From positions 45,156-109,155 of the forward strand of contig NZ_LWHO01000009.1 in assembly GCF_001642025.1 (NCBI RefSeq): a DNA stretch of 64,000 bases. Reading direction: 5' to 3'. The DNA comes from Cutibacterium namnetense (GTDB lineage: Bacteria > Actinomycetota > Actinomycetes > Propionibacteriales > Propionibacteriaceae). A program made the position numbers and the translations under genes. Within the stretch, counting starts at the first letter, position 1; each line of letters starts with the position of its first letter. Shown here in pieces: positions 19,982 to 29,538 of this stretch. The notes under the pieces are model-generated. The model was not told where the DNA came from and searched no databases. It saw only the letters and a list, made by a program, of their open reading frames with translations.

Positions 19982-22267
19982 TCAGGTAGCTCTCATGTCG
20001 AAGTGGTAACGGCGATGGATGGCGGCCCCCAGCAAGGATCCACCGAACATCCCGGCGGCCAACGCACCGAAGACCCACCACGCGGCCCCAAGCAGGTCCA
20101 AGGCTCCCGACAGGATCCTGCCTGTGAGCCACACCGCGACAACCGAGGAGATCACCCCGCATATCAGGGCGGCCAGCATTGTGGTAGCCACCTCCACAAG
20201 GATGACCTGGTCCACCCAACGCCTGCCCAATCCGATGCGTTTGAGGCTGGTCACCAGATCACTGTTGGCGGCTCTCTCCTCCTTCGCCAACAGGCCCGCC
20301 ATGATGGCCGACAACACGATGAAGGTGACGGTCGCGACGATGGTGATCGTTGGCAGCGGGACATCACCGAGGATTCGGGGGGCCATGACATAAAATTCCC
20401 CCAACCCGTGCGCCTGCGTCCACTCGTTGGTCAGTCGATCCTGATCGGGGGTCAGCCCTGTGAACAGAATCGCCGATCCAGCGCCTCGTGGTATTCCTGC
20501 TTTCGGACGCACGGAGATGCGCTTGACCCAGCTCAGATCATCCGTCAGCCCGACGGTGTGTGCCGGGTCGGCCCTGGAGGGATCATTGGTCAAGTACCCG
20601 CCTGATACAAGGACGTCACGTTGGGCGTCGTCAAGCTTTGTGACGACCGCAACATCGTCAACCTTGGAGAAATACCACCACGATCCGCTGATGTTGGCGT
20701 CATCGACCTGGTGGACGGTGATGTTTTTGGCGCCTTCCAGGGCATCGGAAAACTGCTTGACCTGAGCCGACTCCAGGGCGGGCACACCCTCCATCGAGAC
20801 ATGGAGCAAGGCCATCCCCGGGGGCATACCGGTGCTCGTCTGCGCGTTGGCCTGGGAGAACAACGCTGAAACGATGAGAAGCCCGGTAGCGGTTGCGGTG
20901 ACCAGACCCGCCGCCACACCTGCGAAGACGCAATGCCACCCGCCCCGGCTGGAAAGAGCTCGATGAGCAGCAAGAGCCCGACCTACGGGGCGATGTGTCC
21001 GGACCAGACGAGAGAGCACGAAGGGTGCCCCCAAACCACCGGCCACTGCACACATCCCAGCGACCACAGCGACCGCGGTGAAGGTTGCGTCAGCCCCCAG
21101 GAGACCCCACAGGCACACTGCGCAGCCCAGTACCAGAGCCGCCCACCCCAGCCGACGAGCCGTGTTCATGTTGATCCCTCGCCGCTTCACGGTCTTACGA
21201 CGGGAGGGAACCATGTTCACCATGGCCGCAGGAAGTACCCCGATGACCAATGCCATCACCAACGGGACCGTGGGGAATCGCCAAGGCCCCAACGGAGCAG
21301 AAGCCCTGGGGGCCATGTACCACCGCGCCGCAGCGACCACCGCCTGGCCCAGGGCCACAGACATCAGCGAGACGGTTTCTGCAACGAGGAGGGCCACCGT
21401 CTTACTCATGGCCGATACCGATCGACGGCGTACCCCGATAGCCAGAAGGGGGGATGCGATGCGTCTGAGTAGGGCCGTCAGTGCCGCGCCGGACACGACT
21501 GCCCCCAGCAGGCCAAACACCAGCCATGCCAGATTCTGATCCACGAATGCCTTCGGCGTCAGCCCGTGAGCTTCGCTGGCAGAACGGGTCTGTGTGGTAT
21601 CGCAGTCACCTGCAAGCTTCAGGGTCTCGGCGAGGAGACTGCATACGTCACCGGGCTCCTGGGAGGTGAACCCAATTTGCCCATTGCCCCTGATACCGGC
21701 ACGTCCAGCGTCATCGCGGGAAATCCGCCATGACTGCCATGTGCCTGGAGCCGCAAGAACCAAGGTCGCAGCCCGATCGTAGACGGCTTCGACATGGCCG
21801 GTGACCGTGAGGTGGAGATCACCTGCCTTGGCAGACAACCGCGATCCATCATCAGCGCCAAGAGTACTGGTGGCCAGAACCTCCCCGGCCTTCGCCGGCC
21901 AGCGACCCGAGGTCAGCCGATAGCGACCTTGCGTGGCCGAACCGGCCATGGGCATCTCTTGGTAGGCGACGTCATCGTACTGTACAAGGTTGATATTGCT
22001 GTAGAGCTGGGGAAAGGGCGCCGATGCCTGCAACGTGTTATTACGGGGTATCGGTACGGGGGTACCTGGAGGCACGTCTTCCTGCAGCGAGAAGAGACCG
22101 CTGGTAGAGCCGTAGCTCGCGATGTTCTTCTGTTCATCGGACAGTTGCCGAGCATTGGTGATGCCGCTGGAGACAGTCAGAGCTACAACGACCAGAGCCA
22201 GCGGAATGACGCGAAGCCACGTCCGCCAGTTCGACACGACGAGCCGGGTGACGTGGACGACCCACAT
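19982..22267 (-). CDS. FtsX-family ABC transporter permease (10 TM, two large extracytoplasmic domains)
   Basis: A 762-aa protein with two FtsX-like 4-TM bundles plus large loops. The ATG (MWVVHV...) lies 1 nt after the ATPase stop and is preceded by GAGGAGG. Confidence 0.8.
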   Translation of the reverse strand: MWVVHVTRLVVSNWRTWLRVIPLALVVVALTVSSGITNARQLSDEQKNIASYGSTSGLFSLQEDVPPGTPVPIPRNNTLQASAPFPQLYSNINLVQYDDVAYQEMPMAGSATQGRYRLTSGRWPAKAGEVLATSTLGADDGSRLSAKAGDLHLTVTGHVEAVYDRAATLVLAAPGTWQSWRISRDDAGRAGIRGNGQIGFTSQEPGDVCSLLAETLKLAGDCDTTQTRSASEAHGLTPKAFVDQNLAWLVFGLLGAVVSGAALTALLRRIASPLLAIGVRRRSVSAMSKTVALLVAETVSLMSVALGQAVVAAARWYMAPRASAPLGPWRFPTVPLVMALVIGVLPAAMVNMVPSRRKTVKRRGINMNTARRLGWAALVLGCAVCLWGLLGADATFTAVAVVAGMCAVAGGLGAPFVLSRLVRTHRPVGRALAAHRALSSRGGWHCVFAGVAAGLVTATATGLLIVSALFSQANAQTSTGMPPGMALLHVSMEGVPALESAQVKQFSDALEGAKNITVHQVDDANISGSWWYFSKVDDVAVVTKLDDAQRDVLVSGGYLTNDPSRADPAHTVGLTDDLSWVKRISVRPKAGIPRGAGSAILFTGLTPDQDRLTNEWTQAHGLGEFYVMAPRILGDVPLPTITIVATVTFIVLSAIMAGLLAKEERAANSDLVTSLKRIGLGRRWVDQVILVEVATTMLAALICGVISSVVAVWLTGRILSGALDLLGAAWWVFGALAAGMFGGSLLGAAIHRRYHFDMRAT

Positions 22268-22268
22268 C

Positions 22269-22967
22269 TCATACCTCCTCGAGAACCCCGTCCTCCATGT
22301 CGAGAACCCGGTCGACATAGTCGCAGGCTCGCGGATCATGGGAGGACAGCAGGACTGCACGATCAGCACCGTCGGTGACGATGTGACGCAAGACCTTGAA
22401 GATCATGTCAGTATTGGCCCGGTCGAGCTGGCCAGTCGGTTCATCGGCGAGCACGATTCGATGACCGCCAGCAATCGCACGGGCGATCCCCACCCGCTGA
22501 GCCTGACCCCCAGACATCTCAGCAGGGCGTCGATCTGCCAATTCAGCGACCCCCACCTCTTTGAGAGCATCCATGGCAATGGCCGCAGAATTTTTAATTT
22601 CACGCGCCCGCAGGACAAGCTCAATATTCTCACGGGACGTAAAATCGGGGACGAGCCCATGATGCTGAAAAACCATCCCCATTTCATGAAGACGAATGGC
22701 GTCCCGTCGTGATTCTGAGATTTTCGTGATGTCCACTCCGTTGATGCACACCGTCCCGCGCAATGGAGACAGGAGCCCAGAGAGCACATTGAGCAGGGTT
22801 GTCTTTCCGGAACCACTCACTCCGCGAACGAGTATCAGCTCACCGGTGTGCAGCACAAGATCGACACCTTTGAGTACCTCGTCACCCTTAACATAGGAAA
22901 CATGGAGATCACTGGCCTTGAGGGGGTGAGCCACCCCCTCAAGGCCTTGTCGTTGCGATGTCAGCAC
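22269..22967 (-). CDS. ABC transporter ATP-binding protein (MacB/LolD-like)
   Basis: Carries Walker A (GVSGSGKTTL), the signature MSGGQAQRVGIARA and Walker B (IVLADEPTG). The GTG start overlaps the stop of the upstream small gene by 7 nt (GTGCTGA). Confidence 0.85.
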   Translation of the reverse strand: MLTSQRQGLEGVAHPLKASDLHVSYVKGDEVLKGVDLVLHTGELILVRGVSGSGKTTLLNVLSGLLSPLRGTVCINGVDITKISESRRDAIRLHEMGMVFQHHGLVPDFTSRENIELVLRAREIKNSAAIAMDALKEVGVAELADRRPAEMSGGQAQRVGIARAIAGGHRIVLADEPTGQLDRANTDMIFKVLRHIVTDGADRAVLLSSHDPRACDYVDRVLDMEDGVLEEV

Positions 22968-23275
22968 CGATGACCCAATCCATAGGATGAGGCTTCATCA
23001 TGATCTTTCCACCAGAACGACGAATCATTCGTCCACGGCTTATAATCCCAGCAATGCCCCTTCCGGTTTACATCATACCAAAATGCGGCACCATAAGGAG
23101 TCTGATTTTTTACAGAACTGAGAGAATCATTCTGATTTTTGTTGAAGTTATAGTAACCTACCTTAGTCTGTTTCGCAATGAGACCATGGAAATTCGAGTC
23201 GGCATACATTTCCAACGCAGCCTTCGACGGCGCCGGCGCTGCCGCCAAAACAGTGGCACCCATACACGCCGCCAC
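22961..23275 (-). CDS. Small AT-rich-encoded Trp/Tyr-rich secreted protein (candidate bacteriocin-like peptide)
   Basis: About 100 aa with a hydrophobic N-terminal leader (MGATVLAAAPAPSKA), and a mature part rich in W, Y, N and K with 2 Cys. Codon usage (AAT, AAA, TAT) and roughly 45-50% GC differ sharply from the roughly 63% flanks. It is the first gene of an operon with the ABC ATPase and FtsX permease. Confidence 0.55.
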   Translation of the reverse strand: MAACMGATVLAAAPAPSKAALEMYADSNFHGLIAKQTKVGYYNFNKNQNDSLSSVKNQTPYGAAFWYDVNRKGHCWDYKPWTNDSSFWWKDHDEASSYGLGHRC

Positions 23276-23394
23276 GACCCCCCAACTATTTTCCTATTAA
23301 CGGGCATGGCTAAAGCCCCCATTCTTGATCGCCCGCTGCTCTGCGGCGTATGGTACTTAGGTTACCTAACCTAAGACAGCCTGTCAAGAGTGGG

Positions 23395-24288
23395 TCACAA
23401 CGGCCGATCCAGCATCGCCCCGACCAGAAATCCCACAGCGCACAGCAACTCCGCCAGCCCGGTGTTCTTGAGGACCGGCACCAGGGCCATCCCGGTGGCC
23501 TTCGTGGCCAAGGCCTTCACCGGGGAGACGAGCAGAATGACCATGAGCAGGCCCAGAAGGACCCACCAGGTCGACAGGGCCGCGACGACGATGACACCGA
23601 CGCAGGCCAGGGCCACCAGCACGAGGTACAAGATCCGCGTCCCCTGATGGCCCAGCTTGGTGGCCACGGTGTGCTTGCCACTGACGCGATCACCGTCGAT
23701 GTCGCGCAGATTGTTGGCCACCAGCACCGCACAGGCCATCGCACCGATGACACAGGCCGTCACCCAGCCAGCCGTGCCGACGTGATCGGCCTGGACGTAC
23801 ACCGTGCCGCCGACGGCGACCAGCCCGAAGAAGATGAAGACGAAGGTCTCCCCCAGCCCGGCATAGCCGTAGGGGTGTGAACCACCGGTGTAGAACCAGG
23901 CCGCAAGGATGCAGGCCAGGCCCACGATGATGAACCACCAGTGTCCAGTCATGATGGTGATGATGAGTCCGGCCACCGCCGAGACCCCGAAGCACGCGAA
24001 GGCAGCAGCTTCGACGTGCGAGGGTTCAGCGACTCCTGACCCGACAAGCCGCAGCGGACCAACCCGGTCCTCCCCGTCGGAGCCGCGAATACCGTCGGAG
24101 TAATCATTGGCGAAATTCACCCCGACGACGAGCCCCAACGCCACCACGAGGCACAGGGTGGCCAGTTCCCACCGCGCACCACCGTCGGCAATGGCGATCG
24201 CGGTACCCGCCACCACCGGAGCAATCGCGGTGGGGAGGGTACGGGGACGAGCCCCCTCTAGCCATTCGGCTGCAGTGGCCATGGACAA
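23395..24288 (-). CDS. menA: 1,4-dihydroxy-2-naphthoate polyprenyltransferase
   Basis: A UbiA-family protein of 297 aa with about 8 TM helices and the NDYSDGIRGSDGEDR Asp-rich motif. Confidence 0.85.
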   Translation of the reverse strand: MSMATAAEWLEGARPRTLPTAIAPVVAGTAIAIADGGARWELATLCLVVALGLVVGVNFANDYSDGIRGSDGEDRVGPLRLVGSGVAEPSHVEAAAFACFGVSAVAGLIITIMTGHWWFIIVGLACILAAWFYTGGSHPYGYAGLGETFVFIFFGLVAVGGTVYVQADHVGTAGWVTACVIGAMACAVLVANNLRDIDGDRVSGKHTVATKLGHQGTRILYLVLVALACVGVIVVAALSTWWVLLGLLMVILLVSPVKALATKATGMALVPVLKNTGLAELLCAVGFLVGAMLDRPL

Positions 24289-24486
24289 CTCCCTGAGTCA
24301 GTGGTGGAGACGCGGATCGTGCGTCAGGCGGGCACCACACCGAAGGACTTCTCGGAACGTGCACCAGTGGCGACCATATCGCCGCTGCATGTCCAACCCG
24401 TATCTGCACCAGTGACAGAAACGATGGATAATCACAGATGCCCGATACCTCACTCGAGTTCGGCAGGAGTCGTCACCGTGAGAACC

Positions 24487-25764
24487 ATGTTCGCCAGCCT
24501 GAGCATTCCGAATTATCGGATCTACTTCTCCGGCACTCTCCTGACGAACATGGGGCAGTGGATGGCCCGTACCGCCCAGTCGTGGCTGGTGCTCGTCATT
24601 TTGACCCACGGCAATGCGGCGGTGCTCGGTTGGGTGATGGCGGTGAACTTCGCGCCCATCCTGCTCGTCACGCCGTGGGCTGGCGCTTTGGCTGACCGAA
24701 TGTCCAAGCGTCGCATCATGGTGACGGCGCAGATCGTTCTGGCGATTGACGCCGCGATTCTTTCCACCCTCGTCCTCACCGGGGCGGTGCGCCTGTGGAT
24801 GGTATTCGTCATCGCAGCCATGGATGGCCTCGCCGGCGCGTTCTACAGCCCGGCCACCCAGGCCTTCGTCTCCGAGCTCGTCCCACTGAAGAACCTGCCC
24901 AACGCCGTGAGCCTCAACTCTGCCTCCTTCAACGGCGCCCGCCTGCTCGGCCCTGGCGTCGGTGGCCTGCTCATCGCCGCCGTGGGAGTCGGCTGGGTGA
25001 TGGCCATCAACGTCCTCTGCTTCATCGGGTTCATCACAACCCTGTTGTTCATCAGGGCTGACCGTCTCTACGTGTCCCCACCCTCAGCCGAGAAGGCACG
25101 GGTGCGCGACGGCGTCCGGTACGTCAAGCGTCGCCCCGACCTCGTCATCCTGCTGGCGATCGGGTTCATGATGGGCACCTTCGGTTTCAACTTCAACATC
25201 TCCGATGCGGTCATGGCGACTCAGGCCTTTGGCAAGGGATCTGGCGAGTACGGTCTGCTCGGTTCGCTCATGGGTATCGGCTCGATGGTTGCCGCTCTGG
25301 GAGCGGCTCGACGCAGGCCGCGGCTGCGCTGGGTCGAGCTGGCCCTGCTGGTCTACAGCGTCAGCATGGGTTTGTCGGCCCTGGCCCCGAATTACGGCAT
25401 CTTCGCCGTGCTCAAGATGTTCGTCGGTTGGGGAGCCATCTCGACCCTCATCACCGCCAACGCCATGGTGCAGACCTCGGTTACTCCGCACATGCGTGGC
25501 CGGGTCATGAGCCTGTGGGCAACACTAGTCATGGGCGGCACCCCGCTCGTCTCCCCGGTCATCGGGTGGATCGGCAATGGCATCGGACCGCGCGCCACGG
25601 TCGCCTGGGGAGCCATCAGCCTAGGCATCACCTTTGTGGTCATCACCGCCGTCATCATGCACAACGACCGCATCCGGGTCGTGTTCGATCCCTCCAAGCG
25701 GGCACCGTGGCTGCGCCAGGTACGTGGCAAGGTGACCATCGACTACGTCCAGCAGACGAAGTGA
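24487..25764 (+). CDS. MFS transporter (EntS/enterobactin-exporter-like)
   Basis: Twelve TM helices and MFS signature loops. The start is placed at MFASLS...; the track ORF begins at 24301. Confidence 0.75.
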   Translation: MFASLSIPNYRIYFSGTLLTNMGQWMARTAQSWLVLVILTHGNAAVLGWVMAVNFAPILLVTPWAGALADRMSKRRIMVTAQIVLAIDAAILSTLVLTGAVRLWMVFVIAAMDGLAGAFYSPATQAFVSELVPLKNLPNAVSLNSASFNGARLLGPGVGGLLIAAVGVGWVMAINVLCFIGFITTLLFIRADRLYVSPPSAEKARVRDGVRYVKRRPDLVILLAIGFMMGTFGFNFNISDAVMATQAFGKGSGEYGLLGSLMGIGSMVAALGAARRRPRLRWVELALLVYSVSMGLSALAPNYGIFAVLKMFVGWGAISTLITANAMVQTSVTPHMRGRVMSLWATLVMGGTPLVSPVIGWIGNGIGPRATVAWGAISLGITFVVITAVIMHNDRIRVVFDPSKRAPWLRQVRGKVTIDYVQQTK

Positions 25765-25854
25765 GCGATCCACTTGTGCAACAGAAGGTGAATGTGGTGC
25801 CCGATTTGATCGGGCCCCTCTGGAAAACCAAGGCCAAGATGGTTCACTGGTGGC

Positions 25855-26856
25855 ATGAAGAAACTCATCAACGCTGTCGAGGATGTCGTCGTTGATTCCC
25901 TGCGCGGTGTAGCGGCCGCCCACCCTAACTCCCTGAAGGTCGATCTAGAGCACCGCATCGTGTTGCGCGCTGGTGGTCCGGTCAGCGGAAAGGTTGGTCT
26001 GGTCTCTGGTGGCGGTTCCGGCCACGAGCCGCTGCACTCAGGCTACGTGGGGCGAGGCATGCTCGACGCCGCATGCTGCGGTGAGGTCTTCACCTCCCCC
26101 GTGCCGGACCAGATCACCGAGGCCACCAAAGCCGTTGACGGTGGGGCCGGTGTACTGCACATCGTCAAGAACTACACCGGTGACGTCATGAACTTCGACA
26201 TGGCTGCCGAGATGGCCTCTATGGAGGCTGGCACCCGCGTCGAGTCCGTCGTTATCGCCGACGATGTTGCCGTGCAGGACTCCTTGTACACCGCTGGGCG
26301 TCGCGGGGTCGGCTTGACGGTGCTGGCCGAGAAGATCCTCGGCGCAGCGGCCGAGGAGAAGCGCGATATCGACGCCCTGCTCGAGCTCGCTAAGCGCATC
26401 AATGACGGTGGTCGCTCCTTTGGAGTAGCCCTCACCTCCTGCACAGTTCCGGCAGCCGGCAAGCCCACTTTCGACCTCGGCGAGAACGAGATGGAGTTGG
26501 GCGTCGGCATCCATGGTGAGCCCGGCCGCGAAACGACCGTGTTGGGCGCTGCCGCCGAGGTTGCCGCTCAGATCGTCGAACCCATCCTGGCTGACCATGA
26601 CTTCACCACAGCCCCGGTCATCGCGATGCTTAACGGCCTGGGCGGCACCCCTCTCATGGAGCAGTACCTCGTGTGGGGGGAAGTCGCCAAGATTCTGGAA
26701 GGCAAGGGCGTCAAGGTTGCCCGCACCTTGGTCGGCAATCACATTACGAGCCTGGAGATGGCAGGATGTTCCTTGACCTTGCTCTCCGCTGACGGCGATC
26801 TCCTGACGCTGTGGGATGCCCCAGTGGAGACTCCTGGACTTCGATGGGGATGCTGA
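25855..26856 (+). CDS. dhaK: Dihydroxyacetone kinase, DhaK subunit
   Basis: A DhaK-family protein of 333 aa containing GLVSGGGSGHEP. Confidence 0.9.
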   Translation: MKKLINAVEDVVVDSLRGVAAAHPNSLKVDLEHRIVLRAGGPVSGKVGLVSGGGSGHEPLHSGYVGRGMLDAACCGEVFTSPVPDQITEATKAVDGGAGVLHIVKNYTGDVMNFDMAAEMASMEAGTRVESVVIADDVAVQDSLYTAGRRGVGLTVLAEKILGAAAEEKRDIDALLELAKRINDGGRSFGVALTSCTVPAAGKPTFDLGENEMELGVGIHGEPGRETTVLGAAAEVAAQIVEPILADHDFTTAPVIAMLNGLGGTPLMEQYLVWGEVAKILEGKGVKVARTLVGNHITSLEMAGCSLTLLSADGDLLTLWDAPVETPGLRWGC

Positions 26857-27500
26857 TGTCTGAAATTTCTGCCGCAACCGTTTCCGAGTGGCTCAAGGAC
26901 TACTCGGCGGTCATCTCGGAACACGCGAATGAACTGACTGACCTGGATCGCCAGATCGGTGATGCTGACCACGGCTCGAATATGGCTCGCGGGATGACCG
27001 CCGTGGCGGCCCTTGACCCGGGATCCTTCACCTCTGCCGCTGAGCTCCTCAAAAAGGCGGGGATGACGCTGGTGAGCACCGTTGGTGGCGCTTCGGGTCC
27101 TCTCTACGGCACTTTCTTCTTGCGTCTGTCGACGATTATCAAGGTCGACGGTGAGCCCACTGCCCAGCTGCTCGCTGATGCCCTCGACGCTGGTTTGGCT
27201 GGCATCGTGGCCCGCGGCAAGGCAGCAGTCGGCGATAAGACTCTGGTAGACGCCCTGTCCCCCGCCGTAGACGCTGCCAAGCAGGTTGCTGCTGACGGTG
27301 GTTCTGCCGCCGAGGCGCTCGCTAAGGCAGCCGAAGCCGCTCACGAGGGCCGTGATGCGACCATCCACATGGTGGCTCGTCGCGGCAGGGCGTCGTATCT
27401 TGGGGAACGAAGCAAGGGACACCAGGACCCAGGTGCCACCTCGATGGCCCTGCTCGTGGCGTCCGCAGCGCGTTGCCTGTCAGGAGCCAATCATGAGTGA
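26850..27500 (+). CDS. dhaL: Dihydroxyacetone kinase, ADP-binding DhaL subunit
   Basis: A DhaL-family protein with the DLDRQIGDADHG motif. Its start overlaps the dhaK stop. Confidence 0.88.
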   Translation: MLMSEISAATVSEWLKDYSAVISEHANELTDLDRQIGDADHGSNMARGMTAVAALDPGSFTSAAELLKKAGMTLVSTVGGASGPLYGTFFLRLSTIIKVDGEPTAQLLADALDAGLAGIVARGKAAVGDKTLVDALSPAVDAAKQVAADGGSAAEALAKAAEAAHEGRDATIHMVARRGRASYLGERSKGHQDPGATSMALLVASAARCLSGANHE

Positions 27501-27918
27501 TCAAGGCGTTGGAATCGTCATCGTCTCCCATAGCCGCCCACTGGGCCAAGCTGCGGCCGATCTGGCCTCCCAGATGCTGCCCGGCCCGGAGACTCCACCC
27601 ATCGAAATTGCCGCTGGTCTTGATGACACCACTTTGGGTACCGACGCCACTGCGGTGAGCGCGGCGATCGAGAAGGTTGGTGGTTGTGACGGGATCCTCG
27701 TTCTCGTTGACCTCGGATCGGCAATCCTGTCGGCCGAGATGGCCCTGGACTTCCTCGATGCCGACATCGCTAGCAAAGTCAAGATCTCCACTGCCCCACT
27801 GGTTGAGGGGGCTGTGGTCGCGGCCGTCATGGCATCGACGGGCGCCGCGTTAGAGGTCGTCGCTGCCGAGGCAGAAAAGGCCCTGGAGCCGAAAATCTCC
27901 CAGCTCTCCGACGACTGA
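27493..27918 (+). CDS. dhaM: Dihydroxyacetone kinase phosphotransfer subunit (PTS EIIA-Man-like DhaM)
   Basis: MSDQGVGIVIVSHS is the EIIA-Man His site. The ATG overlaps the dhaL stop; the track ORF starts further upstream at 27286. Confidence 0.8.
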   Translation: MSDQGVGIVIVSHSRPLGQAAADLASQMLPGPETPPIEIAAGLDDTTLGTDATAVSAAIEKVGGCDGILVLVDLGSAILSAEMALDFLDADIASKVKISTAPLVEGAVVAAVMASTGAALEVVAAEAEKALEPKISQLSDD

Positions 27919-27929
27919 ACCTGCTAGAC

Positions 27930-27964
27930 GGTGGTGCCCGGTTGGCCCAGGCACCACCGTTTCG
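27930..27964. terminator. Bidirectional rho-independent-type terminator between dhaM and the dCMP deaminase gene
   Basis: A perfect 9-bp stem GGTGGTGCC / GGCACCACC with a 12-nt loop, followed by GTTTCG. Confidence 0.5.
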
Positions 27965-28010
27965 CAGGTTCAGGCTGGCTTCCTGATGAGGGCCGCAACT
28001 GGTAACGCTG

Positions 28011-28469
28011 TCACAGCTGCCAGTTGACCAGGTCGTCTTCACCAAACTCGCCGTCGGGCCACACTGCCCGCACGACGCCAGCTGCCGCCAGCGCCTTGCG
28101 GCAGCCAGAGCACGGCTTATCCGTCACGTAGGCCGTGGAACCGGCAGTATCTCGGGTGGCGAAGAGTAACGCGTTCATCTCGGCGTGAATGGCGATGCAG
28201 AACCCGGGGGAACCAGGCACGTCGTAGTCGGAGAACGCCGGCACCTCGCCATACCCCAGCTGCCCGCGCGGACAAGCCCCCTCCAGACAGTCCGGACGGC
28301 CGGGAGCAGCTCCGTTGTACCCCGTGGCGATAATGCGATGTTCGTGGACGAGCAAGGCCCCCACTCGACGACGGGTGCATTTGGCGCGCGCCGAGACAGC
28401 TTCCGCTATGCCCAGGAAATACGTGTCCCAATCGGGCACTGTTACGACCTTGCCGTTCACCTCGGCCAT
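28011..28469 (-). CDS. dCMP (deoxycytidylate) deaminase
   Basis: Cytidine/dCMP deaminase zinc motifs HAEMNAL and KPCSGC, in a 152-aa protein. Confidence 0.8.
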   Translation of the reverse strand: MAEVNGKVVTVPDWDTYFLGIAEAVSARAKCTRRRVGALLVHEHRIIATGYNGAAPGRPDCLEGACPRGQLGYGEVPAFSDYDVPGSPGFCIAIHAEMNALLFATRDTAGSTAYVTDKPCSGCRKALAAAGVVRAVWPDGEFGEDDLVNWQL

Positions 28470-28554
28470 CTTGGGCTCCTCTCGCTCATCTCCATGCGTT
28501 CACGTCTGCAAGACGCTGCATCGGCTGAATAACCATGTTCGACCTTAACCCCGG

Positions 28555-29538
28555 TCAAACGTCAATATCCTCGTAAGAACGCGGGTCCTCGATGGGTTCC
28601 AAGTGGCCACTCACCCTCATCTCAGGCCATTTGTCAAGAATCTCATCGATGAGGTCTTCCATAGCGTCGTGGCCCTGCTTGACTGTCCAGAACCCCGGAA
28701 CAAGCATGTGGAACTCGAGGAATTGTCGGTACCCGGCCTCTCGGGTGCGCACCGCGTGAAACCTCATGTGGTCATTAGAGTGAGCGTCAAGGAAGTCCCG
28801 GATAGCCGCGTTTTCTTCTTTGGGCAAAGAGACATCGAGCAGGGCGGTGCCAGACTGTTCGACGAGTTTAGCCCCGGTGATAAGGATGTTGATCCCGACC
28901 GCGAAGGCGACGATCGGGTCGAGGCGCTGCCACCCCGTTAGCCAGACCAGTCCGACTCCCACCAGGACGCCCACGGAGGTCCACACATCGGTGAGGAGGT
29001 GCTTGCCGTCGGCGATAAGGGTCATCGATCGACGTTTGCGGCCGTTTCTAAGTAAAACCCACGCCACTGCCCCGTTTATGACCGAGGCCAGCACCGAGAC
29101 CAACAGACCGATGCCGACGTCCTCAATGGATTGCGGATGGAAAAATCGCTGAATCGCGGTGTATATGATGACTGCGGCGGCGATGAAGATCATCATCCCC
29201 TCAGCACCAGCCGAAAAATATTCGGCCTTGGAATGGCCAAATTGATGGTTCTTGTCCGGCGGGCGGATCGACACCTTGAGAGCGACGAGGGCGATGACGG
29301 CTGCGACGAGGTTCACGAGGGATTCTGCGGCGTCTGAGAGTAATCCCACCGATCCGGTAATCCACCAGGCGAGGGCCTTCAACAGGATCGTTGCGGTGGC
29401 CGCTGCGATCGACAGCCATGCAAAACGACTAAGGTCCTCCGGCGGCTGGTGGCGCGGGGTAACTGCGGAAGTGTCAGGAATCGTCGTCACCCAAGCATTG
29501 TCCCAGCCCAATCTGTGCTCCCCAAACAGGAGGGTCAA
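28555..29538 (-). CDS. Cation diffusion facilitator family metal efflux transporter
   Basis: Six TM helices and a C-terminal cytoplasmic domain. The LLSDAAESLVNL region is CDF-typical. Confidence 0.8.
   Translation of the reverse strand: MTLLFGEHRLGWDNAWVTTIPDTSAVTPRHQPPEDLSRFAWLSIAAATATILLKALAWWITGSVGLLSDAAESLVNLVAAVIALVALKVSIRPPDKNHQFGHSKAEYFSAGAEGMMIFIAAAVIIYTAIQRFFHPQSIEDVGIGLLVSVLASVINGAVAWVLLRNGRKRRSMTLIADGKHLLTDVWTSVGVLVGVGLVWLTGWQRLDPIVAFAVGINILITGAKLVEQSGTALLDVSLPKEENAAIRDFLDAHSNDHMRFHAVRTREAGYRQFLEFHMLVPGFWTVKQGHDAMEDLIDEILDKWPEMRVSGHLEPIEDPRSYEDIDV

Noticed and set aside
18133-19989. A 618-aa ORF on the plus strand overlapping the ABC exporter.
   Set aside because: It is an alternative frame of the same strand, with a low-complexity Arg/Pro/Gly-rich translation typical of high-GC off-frame ORFs. 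The real frame carries the Walker, signature and TMD motifs.
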